The position numbers and the translations under genes were made by a program. This document shows positions 1 to 12,461 of a DNA stretch of 64,000 bases, one piece after another. The stretch covers positions 608,001-672,000 of the forward strand of contig CAWHHI010000016.1 in assembly GCA_963829055.1 (NCBI GenBank). The letters are read 5' to 3'. The notes below the pieces were generated by a model. It ran no database searches and had not been told where the DNA came from. It was given only the letters and a program-made list of their open reading frames with translations. Source of the stretch: an uncultured Gemmatimonadaceae bacterium (lineage in GTDB: Bacteria; Gemmatimonadota; Gemmatimonadetes; Gemmatimonadales; Gemmatimonadaceae). The first letter of the stretch is position 1, and each line of letters opens with the position of its first letter.

Positions 1-1693
1 CTGAGGCTGCTCGCCTCGCCCACCTGTGTCGGTTTACGGTACGGACGTCTCACGCCCTCCGCCGCAGGCTTTTCTCGCGTGTCGACTCCACGGGACTCGG
101 GTTGGGGTCGCCCCCGCGCCTCGTACTCCACTCTCGGGGTTGCCCCCTACGGTCTTGAACGGCCATCCACAAAGCCGCCCCCGCTTCGTTCCACGGTCCC
201 CTGCGGGTTCAACGGACATGACACGGGGCCGGAATCTTCGCCGGCTTGCCATCGGCTACGCCTCTGGGGCCTCGCCTTAGGACCCGCCTCACCCTGCGCT
301 GATTGCCATGGCGCAGGAACCCTTGGGCTTACGGTGTGGGGGGTTTTCACCCCCATTTGCGCGTACTCATTCCGGCATCCTCACTTCCCGCCACTCCACC
401 CCGACGCTTCCGCGGGGGCTTCACTGTTACGGGAACGCTCCCCTACCCCTCAGATAAATCTGAAGGCCAAGCTTCGGTGGGCCGCTTAACCCCGACCATT
501 CTCGGCGCACCCCCACTGGACTGGTGAGCTATTACGCACTCTTTAAAGGAATGGCTGCTTCTAAGCCAACCTCCCAGTTGTCACAGTAGGGACACATCCT
601 TCGCTGTACTGAGCGGCCACTCCGGGACCTTAGCTGTGGCTCCGGGTTCTTTCCCTCTCGCCGCCGGACATTATCGCTCGGCGACTGCCTCCCGGGGTCC
701 GTCGGGCAGGTATTCGGAGTTTGGTTGGGGTTGGTAGGGGCTTCGCCCCCCCGCGCCCATCCAGTCGCTCTACCCCCTGCCGACAATTCCCGAGGCTCTA
801 CCTCAATAGATTTCGGGGAGAACCAGCTATCTCCAGGCTTGATTGGCCTTTCACCCCTACCCACAAGTCATCCGAGCGGTTTTCAACCCACACCGGTTCG
901 GGCCTCCACTCGGTGTTACCCGAGCTTCACCCTGCTCATGGGTAGATCGCCCTGGCTTCGGGTCTACGCCCGGGTACTCACGTCGCCCTCGTTTCAGGAC
1001 TCGCTTTCGCTGCGGCTCCGCGGGACACCCGCTTAGCCTCGCACCCGAGCAGTAACTCGCCGGATCATAATGCAAAAGGCACGCAGTCAGGGCCGACAAG
1101 GGTTGCCCCCGCGCCTCCCCTCCTACCGCTTGTGGGCATGTGGTTTCAGGCTCTCTTTCACTCCCCGCCCAGGGGTGCTTTTCACCTGTCCCTCACGGTA
1201 CTCGTCCGCTATCGGTCACACGGGAGTCTTTAGCCTTGGAGGGTGGTCCCCCCGGCTTCACGCCCGGCTCCTCGTACCGGGCGTTACTCAGGAACTCCAC
1301 TAGGTCCGGCCCCTCGCGTTCGCCTACGGGGCTCTCACCCGCTCCGGCGCCCCATCCCAGGGGACTTCGGCTCGCTTCGCCCTGACCCGTCCGTGGCTCC
1401 TACAACCCCGCGGGACTCGCGTCCCCCGGTTTAGGCTCGTCCCGTTTCGCTCGCCGCTACTCCGGGAATCTCCGTTGATTTCTCTTCCTCCGGGTACTGA
1501 GAATGTTTCAGTTCCCCGGGTTCGCCTCACTGGAAACCAGTGATGACGGGGCTCGCGCCCCGCCGGGTTGCCCCATTCGGCCATCTCGGGATCACTGCCT
1601 GTGTGCGGCTCCCCCGAGCTTTTCGCAGCTTACCGCGGCCTTCCTCGCCTCCGTGTGCCCAGGCATCCCCCACATGCCCTCGCTCGCTTGACT
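1..1693 (-). rRNA. rrl: 23S rRNA, 5' part (runs off the window start)
   Basis: The reverse complement begins GTCAAGCGAGCGAGGGCATGTGGGGGATGCCTGGGCAC and contains conserved 23S segments such as GAACTGAAACAT..CAGTACCC and GGTTGGCTTAGAAGCAGCC. Confidence 0.98.
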
Positions 1694-1940
1694 ACAAAAA
1701 AACACGTCAAGCAGAGCACGCGCGATCTACTAGCGCGGTGTCCGTGGTCCGGGCACCGCACTTCAACGAGTGAACGGTTTCGATCGCTGGCGAGACCAGA
1801 GGCCTGCCATCGATCGCGAAACTGTGTCACGTGTGTTGATTCATCGATCGCCTCACGCATCCGACGCTCTCAGCGACCCACCGAAGTGGATCGAGACAGT
1901 GTCGCTGCGTGGGCTATCCCACGATCACTACTTCCATCCG

Positions 1941-1953
1941 TTGTCAAACAGCA
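1941..1953 (-). promoter_or_regulatory. boxA-like antitermination element in the 16S-23S spacer
   Basis: Minus strand reads TGCTGTTTGACAA, close to the boxA consensus TGCTCTTTAACA. Confidence 0.65.
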
Positions 1954-2130
1954 AATACGAAAGCAAAAACGAAGCTCGATAAGACAGCTATGCGCGCGAC
2001 CATAATGCGCCGCGCGCACAGCGTATGAGAAATCAAGATTGAGATCGGGTGTACGAAGCGAGCGACTAACATTGAGCGCTTTCGAACGATACACCGACTT
2101 GCGTCAGGTCCGTTCTACTCACAGCTCCGT

Positions 2131-3677
<1,547 letters not shown>

Positions 3678-3833
3678 AAGAATTCAATGCTCATAGCTCT
3701 TCGAACTGCTGTCGCGCTGTTCGCGACAGCGCGTCCGAATCACTTTAGAATGATCAGGTCTGAACTCTCCCCGAAGCCCTGATCGGCTCCGGATCAACGA
3801 GTTCGCCTCGCACACTCTGCGATCTCAATCTCG

Positions 3834-3847
3834 ATTATCAAACAGCT
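3834..3847 (-). promoter_or_regulatory. boxA-like element in the rRNA leader
   Basis: Minus strand reads AGCTGTTTGATAAT just downstream of promoter P2 and resembles the spacer boxA. Confidence 0.6.
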
Positions 3848-3874
3848 CTAATGTCGAATGAACGACAGCCTATC

Positions 3875-3903
3875 ATTGTACCCAACAGGGCTGTCGTTGT
3901 CAA
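3875..3903 (-). promoter_or_regulatory. rRNA promoter P2 (sigma70-type)
   Basis: TTGACA-17 bp-TACAAT on the minus strand. Confidence 0.85.
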
Positions 3904-3990
3904 CTCCTAAACAGCCCTGCCCGACGCCGAAAAGTCTCGAAACCGAGGCCTCTCATCCAACGCGAAAACACCAGCGTCGGGGGGATTCAT

Positions 3991-4019
3991 ATTCTAGTGG
4001 GTCATGTCCCGTTTGACAA
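3991..4019 (-). promoter_or_regulatory. rRNA promoter P1 (sigma70-type)
   Basis: TTGTCA-17 bp-TAGAAT on the minus strand, 116 bp upstream of P2. Confidence 0.75.
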
Positions 4020-4275
4020 CCCATTCGAGACATTTGTTTGCGATCACTTTCCCAGCGGCAACGGGTCAAGTAGCGACACTACGCCCTAGTAGCTATGTCG
4101 CTCAGTGACATGTCTTTACGCCGGACGTTGTCACGCTTGACTCAGGCCCGTGACCGCGTTGATACTCAACGAAGAGATCGCCTCCGCCCCCGCATAATAT
4201 CGACGGCGAGAAGCCCGCGACCAGACTACAATCGCGGGCCGAAAAACCTACTGCGTCCGGAGCTGCAATGGGAGT

Positions 4276-4580
4276 CTATCCAGCGACCGGCTTGGCCACG
4301 AGAAGCAGGCGATCCGGTGCTGGACCGAAGTAGCGCAGAGGCCAGCACGTCGCGAGTGTCAACGTCACCTTTGACTCCTCGAAAAGTGCCTGAGTATCGC
4401 GAAACGACGCGCCTCTCAGTGATGACCCGCTCTGTCACTCGGACTCCGCGTTTCAGTTCGACGGCGAGTTCCGACCGCCAGCTCCCATGCGCCGGAAGTG
4501 CCGATCGCGGTGCGCCGATACAATTGAATTTCCGTGTCTCTAGGCAACGCACTGCCTGGACAATGGCCGAAGTACCACGG
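4276..4580 (-). pseudogene. Class D-like sortase remnant (3' half, several frameshifts)
   Basis: Pieces in different frames read GHCPGSALP / GNSIVSAHRDRHFRRM / VITERRVVSR / QALFEESKVTLTLATCWPLRYFGPAPDRLLLVAKPVAG*. These include the sortase His, TLxTC and Arg catalytic motifs. The 5' end is missing. Confidence 0.75.
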
Positions 4581-4603
4581 ATGCGGAGACGAAGGCAACT
4601 GGC

Positions 4604-4911
4604 ACACCTCAGCCCGCCAAGCGGGCGACACTGACTGGCCGGAGGTCGTCTCACTCTACGACCAGCTCGTCCGCCTCGATTCCTCGCCGCTTGTCGCTGT
4701 CAACGGGGCATCGCGATCGGCGAGCTTGACGGCCCGAGGTGGCACTCACTGCCGTCGACCGGTTCGAGGGCAAGTGACCGGCTATCATGTCTACCATGCG
4801 ACCTGCGCCGACCGCGCGGCGGTACTGGGCGCAGCGCGAACGACGATCGAGTTGGCGGCCAACACCGCTGAGATCGCCTACGTGATACGCCGGCGCGACC
4901 GGCTGGAATAG
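4604..4911 (+). pseudogene. C-terminal remnant of an ECF42-type (TPR-extension) sigma factor
   Basis: HTSARQAGDTDWPEVVSLYDQLVRLDSSPLVAVN...GYHVYHATCAD...IELAANTAEIAYVIRRRDRLE* matches the ECF42 C-terminal extension. The middle is disrupted and the sigma2 and sigma4 domains are absent. Confidence 0.75.
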
Positions 4912-5201
4912 ACTCGGTCCATGCGTCGTGCGAGACGCTGCCAAGGAGCCCGACGCAACGGACAGAAGAGCGTCAGGGCGACCCCAAGTTCGACGAACGG
5001 GAATCGGTCATGAGGTTCGAGATCGCGAGGCGCGGCGATGCTGTGGGAGCGCCGTGCGCGGATTGCATCCAGGCAGGCGCTTCCCACTGCGCTGCGGCGG
5101 CGCCCCGGGGGGACTGCGCAGACGAAAAGCGGCCCGTCCGCCATGAGATCCATCATGGGGAACGGGCCGCTTTATTCGTACCGTAAAATGTTGTGTGCTA
5201 A

Positions 5202-5274
5202 TGCACTCGGAAGGAGTCGAACCTTCAACCTACAGATTAAGAGTCTGCTGCTCTGCCAGTTGAGCTACGAGTGC
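5202..5274 (-). tRNA. tRNA-Lys(CTT), CCA not encoded
   Basis: Cloverleaf GCACTCGTAGCTCAACTGGCAGAGCAGCAGACTCTTAATCTGTAGGTTGAAGGTTCGACTCCTTCCGAGTGCA. Confidence 0.95.
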
Positions 5275-5382
5275 AAAATAACTTTCGCGAAAGCCACGTG
5301 CCGTTCGTGACCGAAGTGCCTAACGCCAGCCGTGCGCCATCGCTTCACACCAGAGGTACCCGTCACGCCAAACATCAACAGG

Positions 5383-5459
5383 TGGCGCGCCAGGAGGGAC
5401 TCGAACCCCCGACCCACAGCTTAGAAGGCTGTCGCTCTATCCACCTGAGCTACTGGCGC
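5383..5459 (-). tRNA. tRNA-Arg(TCT)
   Basis: GCGCCAGTAGCTCAGGTGGATAGAGCG, anticodon arm ACAGC-CTTCTAA-GCTGT, ending GTTCGAGTCCCTCCTGGCGCGCCA. Confidence 0.96.
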
Positions 5460-5499
5460 AATGGCCGAACCGACGCTCTCGAATGCCGAGCGCCACAAA

Positions 5500-5573
5500 T
5501 CGGGGCGCCCGGATTTGAACCGGGGACCTCCTGCTCCCAAAGCAGGCGCGATACCAGGCTACGCTACGCCCCG
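5500..5573 (-). tRNA. tRNA-Pro(TGG), CCA not encoded
   Basis: CGGGGCGTAGCGTAGCCTGGTATCGCG, anticodon arm CCTGC-TTTGGGA-GCAGG, ending GGTTCAAATCCGGGCGCCCCGA. Confidence 0.96.
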
Positions 5574-5582
5574 CTGCGACCA

Positions 5583-5611
5583 ATCTTAGTTGGATCGAGA
5601 AACGCGGTCAA
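5583..5611 (-). promoter_or_regulatory. sigma70-type promoter for the tRNA cluster
   Basis: TTGACC-17 bp-TAAGAT ending about 9 bp before tRNA-Pro. The -35 box overlaps the rdgB stop codon. Confidence 0.7.
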
Positions 5612-6228
5612 CGCCCCGACTTGATACGGGCGAGTAATTCTCGAAACGCCCGACCCCGATGACTGACGCGTTCCTTCTCTGCTGCGGCGGCCTCAGCGAA
5701 CGTGCGGCCGAGGTCGGCCGAGAGAAAGTGGGGATCGTAACCAAACCCGCCCGTTCCGCGAGCGTCTCGCACGATCTGTCCGGAGCTCTCGCCTCGCGCG
5801 GTGATCTCGTCGCCGACGGACACAAACGCCGCGACGCACACGTAGCGCGCGTTCGCCATCTCGAGACCTGACAGGGCGGCGATCAACGCTTCGTTGTTCG
5901 CCGCATCGAGCGCGGCACCGCGAAGGTCGCTTCTTCCCGACCACCGTTTGCTTTGTACACCCGGGCGACCACCGAGAGCGTCGACCTCGAGGCCCGAGTC
6001 GTCGGCTACGGTCGGGATACCGCCACTCACCTCGTAGAAGTAGCGCGCTTTAGACAGCGCGTTCTCTTCGAACGTGGCGAACGGCTCGAGATCCTGCTCC
6101 TCATCGGACTCATCGATCCCCAACTCGTCGAGTGAAACGAGCGTCAAGCCGGCGGCGGCGAACATCGGCTTGATCTCCCGCAACTTTCCCGCACTCCGCG
6201 TCGCGATCAGCAGCGCCGTTGCGCTCAT
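5608..6228 (-). CDS. rdgB: Non-canonical purine NTP pyrophosphatase (RdgB/HAM1)
   Basis: Motifs [34 protein letters not shown] and SHRGRA; adjacent to rph. Confidence 0.95.
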   Translation of the reverse strand: MSATALLIATRSAGKLREIKPMFAAAGLTLVSLDELGIDESDEEQDLEPFATFEENALSKARYFYEVSGGIPTVADDSGLEVDALGGRPGVQSKRWSGRSDLRGAALDAANNEALIAALSGLEMANARYVCVAAFVSVGDEITARGESSGQIVRDARGTGGFGYDPHFLSADLGRTFAEAAAAEKERVSHRGRAFRELLARIKSGR

Positions 6229-6950
6229 TCGGCGAGCGCTCGGCGCTGTGCTGCGTCGAGTACTTGAATTCCGCCCGTTGCGAGATCGAGCAGCGCGTCG
6301 AGTTGAGCGCGATCGAACGTTCCGTGCTCACCGGTGCCCTGCACTTCCACGAAGCGTCCTTCGCTGCTCATGACGACGTTCATGTCGACTTCTGCTTTCA
6401 CGTCGTGTTCGTAGTCCAGATCGAGCCATAGGGAGCCGTCGACGACGCCAACGCTCACGGCGGCGACACGCCGGCGAACGGGCGACTGTTGCATATGACC
6501 CTGTGCGACGAGCCAACTGAACGCGTCGTGAACCGCCACGCACGCCCCGGTAATCGCCGCCGTCCGCGTTCCTCCGTCTGCTTGCAATACGTCGCAGTCG
6601 AGGCGAACGGTAAACTCACCAAATCGGAAATCGTCGATCATCGCGCGGACGCTGCGACCGATGAGTCGTTGAATCTCTTGCGTGCGCCCACCGAGTTGCG
6701 CGCGCTCGCGCTGTGTGCGAGTGCGCGTAGCCCTCGGCAGCATCGCGTACTCCGCGGTGATCCAGCCTTCGCCGCGGCCTTTTTTCCACCCCGGAACGGA
6801 GAGCTCGACCGACGCCGCACACAGCACGCGCGTGTCACCGAACGAGATGAGGCACGATCCCTCGGCGTACGGGACAGCGTTCCGCTCCAACGTGATTGGG
6901 CGAAGGTCAGTCGGACGACGGGCGTCGTTAGGTGAAGTTTCAGCGGCCAC
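6225..6950 (-). CDS. rph: Ribonuclease PH
   Basis: Motifs [46 protein letters not shown] and EVQGTGE. Confidence 0.98.
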   Translation of the reverse strand: MAAETSPNDARRPTDLRPITLERNAVPYAEGSCLISFGDTRVLCAASVELSVPGWKKGRGEGWITAEYAMLPRATRTRTQRERAQLGGRTQEIQRLIGRSVRAMIDDFRFGEFTVRLDCDVLQADGGTRTAAITGACVAVHDAFSWLVAQGHMQQSPVRRRVAAVSVGVVDGSLWLDLDYEHDVKAEVDMNVVMSSEGRFVEVQGTGEHGTFDRAQLDALLDLATGGIQVLDAAQRRALAE

Positions 6951-7428
6951 GGAGGCGTTCGATTGTGGAGGTCGTGGAATGACCGGGCGTCAGCGGAATG
7001 ATGACGACGTGTCCACCACGTGCTCGGACTTCAGGCGCTCCGACAACAGTGTCGGGAGCGTAGTCACCGCCTTTGACGATCACATCCGGCTGCAGCAGTC
7101 GAATGAGCTCGAGAGGTGTGTCCTGCTCGAACAACGTAACGGCATCGACCGCGGCCAGGGCAGCAAGGACGTACACCCGCTCAGCGCCGGATCGGATCGG
7201 CCGGGTGGGACCCTTGAGCCGCTTCACCGAGTCATCGCTGTTGACGCCGACGACGAGCGCATCACCGTGCGCTCGCGCGCCAACGAGCACATCGACATGC
7301 CCCGGATGGAGAAGGTCGAACACGCCGTTGGTGAAAACGACGCGACCCTTCTGCCGCTCGCGCCAGTCCACAAGCACTGGCCACGACATCGCTTTTCGTT
7401 GCGGGTCGAACGGACTCAGTAGGTCCAC
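6940..7428 (-). CDS. rfaE2: D-glycero-beta-D-manno-heptose 1-phosphate adenylyltransferase (RfaE domain II)
   Basis: Motifs [33 protein letters not shown] and STT. Alternative ATG start at 7389. Confidence 0.92.
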   Translation of the reverse strand: MDLLSPFDPQRKAMSWPVLVDWRERQKGRVVFTNGVFDLLHPGHVDVLVGARAHGDALVVGVNSDDSVKRLKGPTRPIRSGAERVYVLAALAAVDAVTLFEQDTPLELIRLLQPDVIVKGGDYAPDTVVGAPEVRARGGHVVIIPLTPGHSTTSTIERLRGR

Positions 7429-7769
7429 TCGGCCTGGGGCGAAAAGAGAATGTCGCGAACGATCAGCGGCATCTCGACGCGTTCGTAGTACGAGCTGGAG
7501 AGCGAGATCCGATTGGACGCGCGCCGGACCCGGACGCGTCCCGCTGCTTCAGGGAGGCCGAGTGAATCAGCGAGAGCGGCCAGGCGTCGCTGGATGTCTT
7601 CGTCCGTGAAGCGAGCAGAAAATCGTGCTTCCTGCTTCATGCCGTCGACGTATCGGTAGTAGCGGAGATATGGCTCTCCGACGTTGACGGCGAAATACAC
7701 TGCGGTGACGGATAGCAGAAGGCCGAGCAGACATCCAAAGCTGCTGCGGCCGAGCCGTCGGCTCACCAC
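7416..7769 (-). CDS. Hypothetical membrane-anchored protein
   Basis: GTG start overlaps the lptE stop. An N-terminal hydrophobic segment (GCLLGLLLSVTAVYFAV) precedes a small soluble domain. Confidence 0.7.
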   Translation of the reverse strand: MVSRRLGRSSFGCLLGLLLSVTAVYFAVNVGEPYLRYYRYVDGMKQEARFSARFTDEDIQRRLAALADSLGLPEAAGRVRVRRASNRISLSSSYYERVEMPLIVRDILFSPQAEWTY

Positions 7770-8266
7770 TGCGATTGCGCTCCCTCGATGACGTCGTTCA
7801 CAATCCGTTCGAGCGCCTGTCGCCGCCCTTCCGGCTCCGCGCGCTCGGCATACTCGCCCTCGGCGGACAGTCCCTTCCGCTCCCACAACGTCTTGCCGTT
7901 TGACTGGTCGACAATCGAGACGTCGATGACGATCTGCAACCGGCGGCGAGCCGTCGTTGCCTGGTTCGGATCGGCGCTGAAGGCGACGGGGACATCGGGC
8001 TCATACTTGGTGATGGTGCCGCGGACGACTGCGTTTGCCCGATTCTCGGACGCGTCGCGAAGCCCCAACCGAGACTGCATCGCTTTCCGTAGCGCGTCGG
8101 ACAGCTCGCGCGTCACCTCGGCGGCCGCGGTCTGATTTTCGAACGGAAGCACGGCAACAGTCCGGATGTGGCCTGGGAGACCACCGCCAGAAAACTTGTA
8201 GATGCAGCCGGCGAGAAGGAGCAGGCTAGCGACGCCAAATCTCCGGATCGAACGGTGAAGCTTCAT
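7763..8266 (-). CDS. lptE: LPS-assembly lipoprotein LptE family
   Basis: Lipobox LLAGC followed by YKFSGGGLPGHIRTVAVLPFENQT, and a C-terminal SQW, as in FCB-group LptE. Confidence 0.8.
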   Translation of the reverse strand: MKLHRSIRRFGVASLLLLAGCIYKFSGGGLPGHIRTVAVLPFENQTAAAEVTRELSDALRKAMQSRLGLRDASENRANAVVRGTITKYEPDVPVAFSADPNQATTARRRLQIVIDVSIVDQSNGKTLWERKGLSAEGEYAERAEPEGRRQALERIVNDVIEGAQSQW

Positions 8267-8888
8267 CGGTGCTGGTAACCTTGAGCATGAGCGATCGCGA
8301 GGCCCGCTCATTCTGATATCGAATGTCGGACCCTGTGCGGGCGACCCATTCGAGCCGACGTCCGTCGACGATTCGCTCGAGCCGCGTAAGACGGTCCGCG
8401 ACGAACGTTACACGCCACACGGGGTCTCGACCAATGTCGGCTCGCAGCGCTTCTCCGTCAACCTTCGCGACCGTGTCGGGGGTCGCCGGAACGGCAAGCC
8501 GCCCGAGTACAGCCCACAAGAGCGCGACGGGCGGAAGGTAGCGGCGCGCCTGATCACCGCCGGGCGTCGAGATCGAGTCGCCGACCACGATGGCGGAGCC
8601 ACCTCCGAGCCCACCATCCAGATAAAAGTCGAGTCTCACGCTGTCGGGCGAGGCTACGCGGGCGACGCCCTCTCCCTTGGCGGCAAGCGCCTGATCGATG
8701 TATTCCCAACGGAAGACAATGCGCTGGTGTCCGCGCGGAATGTCGGTAACCGGGAAGCGAACCGGGGTGGGAACGCCACGCAGCGATCCGGCGCGCGGTG
8801 CACACGCGAGCCCAACGAGAAACAGCGTCGCCAAACCCACGCACGTCGCGAGTGGGCGAGATCGCACCGCAGAAAGCGAAAGGATCAT
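8226..8888 (-). CDS. Hypothetical lipoprotein
   Basis: ATG overlaps the upstream stop; lipobox-like LVGLAC; beta-rich body ending FDPEIW, possibly LolA/LolB-like (inference). Confidence 0.7.
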   Translation of the reverse strand: MILSLSAVRSRPLATCVGLATLFLVGLACAPRAGSLRGVPTPVRFPVTDIPRGHQRIVFRWEYIDQALAAKGEGVARVASPDSVRLDFYLDGGLGGGSAIVVGDSISTPGGDQARRYLPPVALLWAVLGRLAVPATPDTVAKVDGEALRADIGRDPVWRVTFVADRLTRLERIVDGRRLEWVARTGSDIRYQNERASRSLMLKVTSTDEASPFDPEIWRR

Positions 8889-10985
8889 TGGATGACAATG
8901 CTCAGGATGCGATCGCCCTGCACGATAGAATCGAGGACGTTCAACCCTCGAGTGACGCGACCGAACACCGTGTAGTGGCCGTCGAGGTGTGGCTGAGGCG
9001 AGTGCGTAAGGAAGTACTGACTGCCGCCTGTATCCGGTCCAGACAGCGCCATGCCCACTGCCCCTCGCTCGTACCATTGCCGGTTGAGCTCATCGCGAAT
9101 CGCGTACCCTGGCCCGCCGCTACCGTCGCCCCTTGGGTCGCCGTCCTGGGCAACGAAGTTCGGCACGACGCGATGGAACGCGAGGCCGTCGTAATATCGG
9201 TGTCGCGCGAGCGTGATGAAGTTGCCCACCGTCAGCGGCGCGTCGGCGCCAGCGAACTCAATGTCGATCATTCCACGCTCGGTTGTGATGCGCGCTCGAG
9301 GTGGGCGGCGGAGGAGTGACGGTACCAGAATCGTTCGCACGCGGCCCAGGTAGTACGCGGTTGATTGCGCGGGAATTTCAGCGCCGGACCACGAGATGAA
9401 GGGACCGACGCGCCGAACAGCGTTGCGCTCGACCGGGTCAGCAGAAGGAGCGAGCGACGCGATGGAATCGCGCAAGGCGCCGAACGATGCGCTGTCGGTC
9501 GCCCAGGCCGCGGCAATGACTCCTAGGGCCGCGACTCTGGCGTCGTTTTCCGGATCCGTTGCCGCACGACGCCAGGCGGCGAGGGCCACGATTGCGTCAG
9601 ACGCTCTCGCGCGATCCCGCAGCGCGTTGAGAATCGAGGCGCGGACGAAGAGGTCGTCATCGTGAAGCCACCCTGGCAATGCGGCGCGGGCGTACGGGCG
9701 TGTCGCGGCACTGGCAGAATCGGTCCACGCCGGAGGCCGACTGGAACGCGGCGGCGCGCACCCGCGCGTCGGAATCGCGAAACAACGGTGCGGCAATGGC
9801 ATCGACCGCCGCCTGACCGCCGACGCCCGCCGCTTCCGCGGCGGCGGCTCGGAAATGCCAATCGGCGCGTCGCTGCCACGCTTCGGCACCGGCCGTATCG
9901 AGCGCGGGCATTCGGGCGCCCGCGCGAACGGCGGTCGACAACAGCGCGCGACGGAACGTGAACCCCGTGTCCGCCGCCCAGGCTGCGGACCAGTCAGGGG
10001 ACGGGACAGCGAGCACGCCGCCTAACGACTGTGCGACCGCGACGCGTGCATTGCCATCCGGGTCAGTGAGGTGTCGCACAAGGTCCGCGCGCGCTCTTGG
10101 ACCATACGTCGACAACGACCGGATCGCGTTAATGCGCACGTGCGCGTGGGGATCCTCCACGAGACGCCGCAACGCGGCACGGGCATCGTCGCCAAGCGAG
10201 TCGCCGGCGACCGTTCGACCGAGCCCCCTAGCGACGTAGGCGCGCAGATCGACTTCCACGTCCGAGCGATCAGGGCTCGTGTGTGTCGGCGACGCGGACG
10301 GGCGCCGTTCGAGTGCGAGGAGTGCACTCACCGACCCGGGAACCCTCGATCGGGTCAGCGCGTACGCAGCGCTCCGCTGTACACGTAGGTCGGCATGGTC
10401 GAGATATGGCACGATCAATCCCGCCGGCACTGGTCGAAGCTTCGCGGCTGCCTGCAGCACGTCTGCGAGCGACGTGGCGGGGCGGCCTTCCTTTAGCGAG
10501 GTTTCGAGGGTCGGACGCGCGACTTCACCGAGCTCGCCCAGCGACCAGGCGGCCGCCGATGCGACGGTGTGCGCAGCACCAAGGCTTGCGGCCAGCACGT
10601 TGGTCGCCGAGCTATCGTGCAGAAGGCCTAACGCGAAAGCGGCGTCGGCGGCGATCGTCGAGTCTGTATTGGCGACGAGAGATCTCACGATAGCCGCGCG
10701 GCTAGAAATGCCTACCTGTCCGATGACCCGCACGGCGTACGCCCGCACGAACGTTGTCGGTGATGCGAGGGCGCGGTCGACGACAGCGGTGTCGGGCCGT
10801 CTCGTATCAGCGACTCGCAGCAGGGATGCCAGGTGCTCGATATCTACCGCAGTGAACGGACTGTCGATAACCAACGGCGCCGCCGCGTCAGTGGGCTGCG
10901 GACGCGGCGCGCACGCAGCCGCAACCAGTACCGTGACCAACCCGAGGGCGACGCGCCACGAACGGCGGTCAGGAACGAACAACAC
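8885..10985 (-). CDS. HEAT-repeat lipoprotein fused to a cyclophilin-type peptidyl-prolyl isomerase (one frameshift near 9732)
   Basis: The N-terminal part (ORF 9657-11267) has a lipobox and HEAT-like repeats. The C-terminal part (ORF 8885-9889) has YDGLAFHRVVPNFVAQDGDP...GGSQYF...HLDGHYTVFG. One extra base splits the two. Confidence 0.85.
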
Positions 10986-11397
10986 CGCGCTCCATGAGGG
11001 CGCGAACGTCAGCGGGGATCGGAACCGGTTTCCCGTCTGGATTGAGTGACACGAGCAGCGTTCTGGCTGATGCGAGGCGTTCTTCCGTGTCAGCGTTGCG
11101 GATGAGGTAATCGAACGTGATCGCCCGCGACCGCACATCGACCAGACGCGTCTCCACACGCACGAGGTCATCGTAGCGCGCAGGCGCGTGATAGCGAATG
11201 TTCGCTTCGGCAACGGCGAGCGCGGTTCCCTGGCGCTCCAGCTCGGAATACGGCAGGCCGAGGGCACGAATGAAGTCCGTGCGCCCCACTTCGCACCAGA
11301 CGAGATACTCGGCGTGGTACACTACACCCATCTGATCGGTTTCGGAGTATCTCACCCGAAACTCGCTGATATGCGGCCTGACGTTCGGCGGTGTCAC
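10969..11397 (-). CDS. Acyl-CoA thioesterase (YbgC/FadM hotdog family)
   Basis: Motif RVRYSETDQMGVVYHAEYLVWCEVGRT. The GTG start overlaps the pduL stop (GTGA). Confidence 0.92.
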   Translation of the reverse strand: MTPPNVRPHISEFRVRYSETDQMGVVYHAEYLVWCEVGRTDFIRALGLPYSELERQGTALAVAEANIRYHAPARYDDLVRVETRLVDVRSRAITFDYLIRNADTEERLASARTLLVSLNPDGKPVPIPADVRALMERGVVRS

Positions 11398-12461
11398 CGG
11401 TCCAGTATGCCTAACGCAGCGGCACGGTCGCGAGCACTCGGGGTGAGCAGCGCATCGGCCGGTACGCGACCGCCGGTGCGGGCGAGTCGGATAACGTCGC
11501 GCTCCGTCACGAGCGGACGTTTTCGTTGAGTCGCCGAACGCCAGGCGATGATGCTCGCCGTATCGCCAGTCCTGACCCCGGCCGCACGCGCTTCGTCGAC
11601 ATCGAGGTGCAGCTCGCTCGCGTGGCCTTCGCCGGAGCGGACCAGCACCGTCATGGAACGTGGCGGCTCGCGCCCCGTCGCCGCATCGGACGTCCACCTC
11701 GGCGCCATTGGCCAAGCCCCAACGGTGCGCGTCGGTCGGGGCGCAGATGCAGGTGACGGGCGGCGATGATGACGCCGCGACGCAGGTCGACGCGTCCGGC
11801 TGGACCAACCAGCGTCACTCCACCCACCGAGGTGTCGAGGGAGCCGCTGGCGGCGACGGGCGCCTCGATGCCCAACAATCCGGCGTCGGATAGCGCGATT
11901 TCTAGCTGAGTGTCGCTTCGTGCCGGACCGACGACGCGCACGGCCTGTAGCTTCCCGTTGGGCCCCTCAATGTCGAGCGACTGGGTGGCGGCGAACTGGC
12001 CCGGCTGCGTCAACTCCCGCGCGACGGTCAATGGGGTTCCGCCGAACAGGGTCTGCACGTCGGCCCGCGACAGGTGCACGTGTCGGTTGGATACGCCGAT
12101 GCGCACGTCGATCGACGGGGCGTCGCAGCACGCGTTCGCGTTAGGCGTGCCTCGGCACCACGGGCGGTTGCGCTCAGGCGGCGGGCCTTTGCCGGCGGCG
12201 GCCGCCCGCGTCACACGCGTCAGCTCGCGGTGGACGTCCGAAAACGCGGACCGTCTCGTGACGCGCGACGGAGCGACGCCAGCCAGATCCTGTGCCGCAC
12301 CCGACCAGACTGGCGGGGTACCACCCCGTTCCGGCGGCGCGGGGCGCACGGGTGACGGTAACCATGTGGCTGCCCGTTCACCGGACGTACGCGTTGCCCA
12401 CCTGTTCGAGGAGTGCGCGAGCGATCAGCTCCGCCAGCCGGTCCAGCTCTGCGTCCGTCAC
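11394..12461 (-). CDS. pduL: Phosphate propanoyltransferase PduL with N-terminal encapsulation peptide (about 3 frameshifts)
   Basis: Motifs VSNRHVHLS, LTQPGQFAA, VRVVGP, TQLEIALSD, GVIIAARHLHL and ELHLDVDEA. The N-terminus MTDAELDRLAELIARALLEQ starts at GTG 12461. Confidence 0.85.

Noticed and set aside
4912..5200. Possible third gene remnant next to tRNA-Lys
   Set aside because: I recognised no family motif in any frame.
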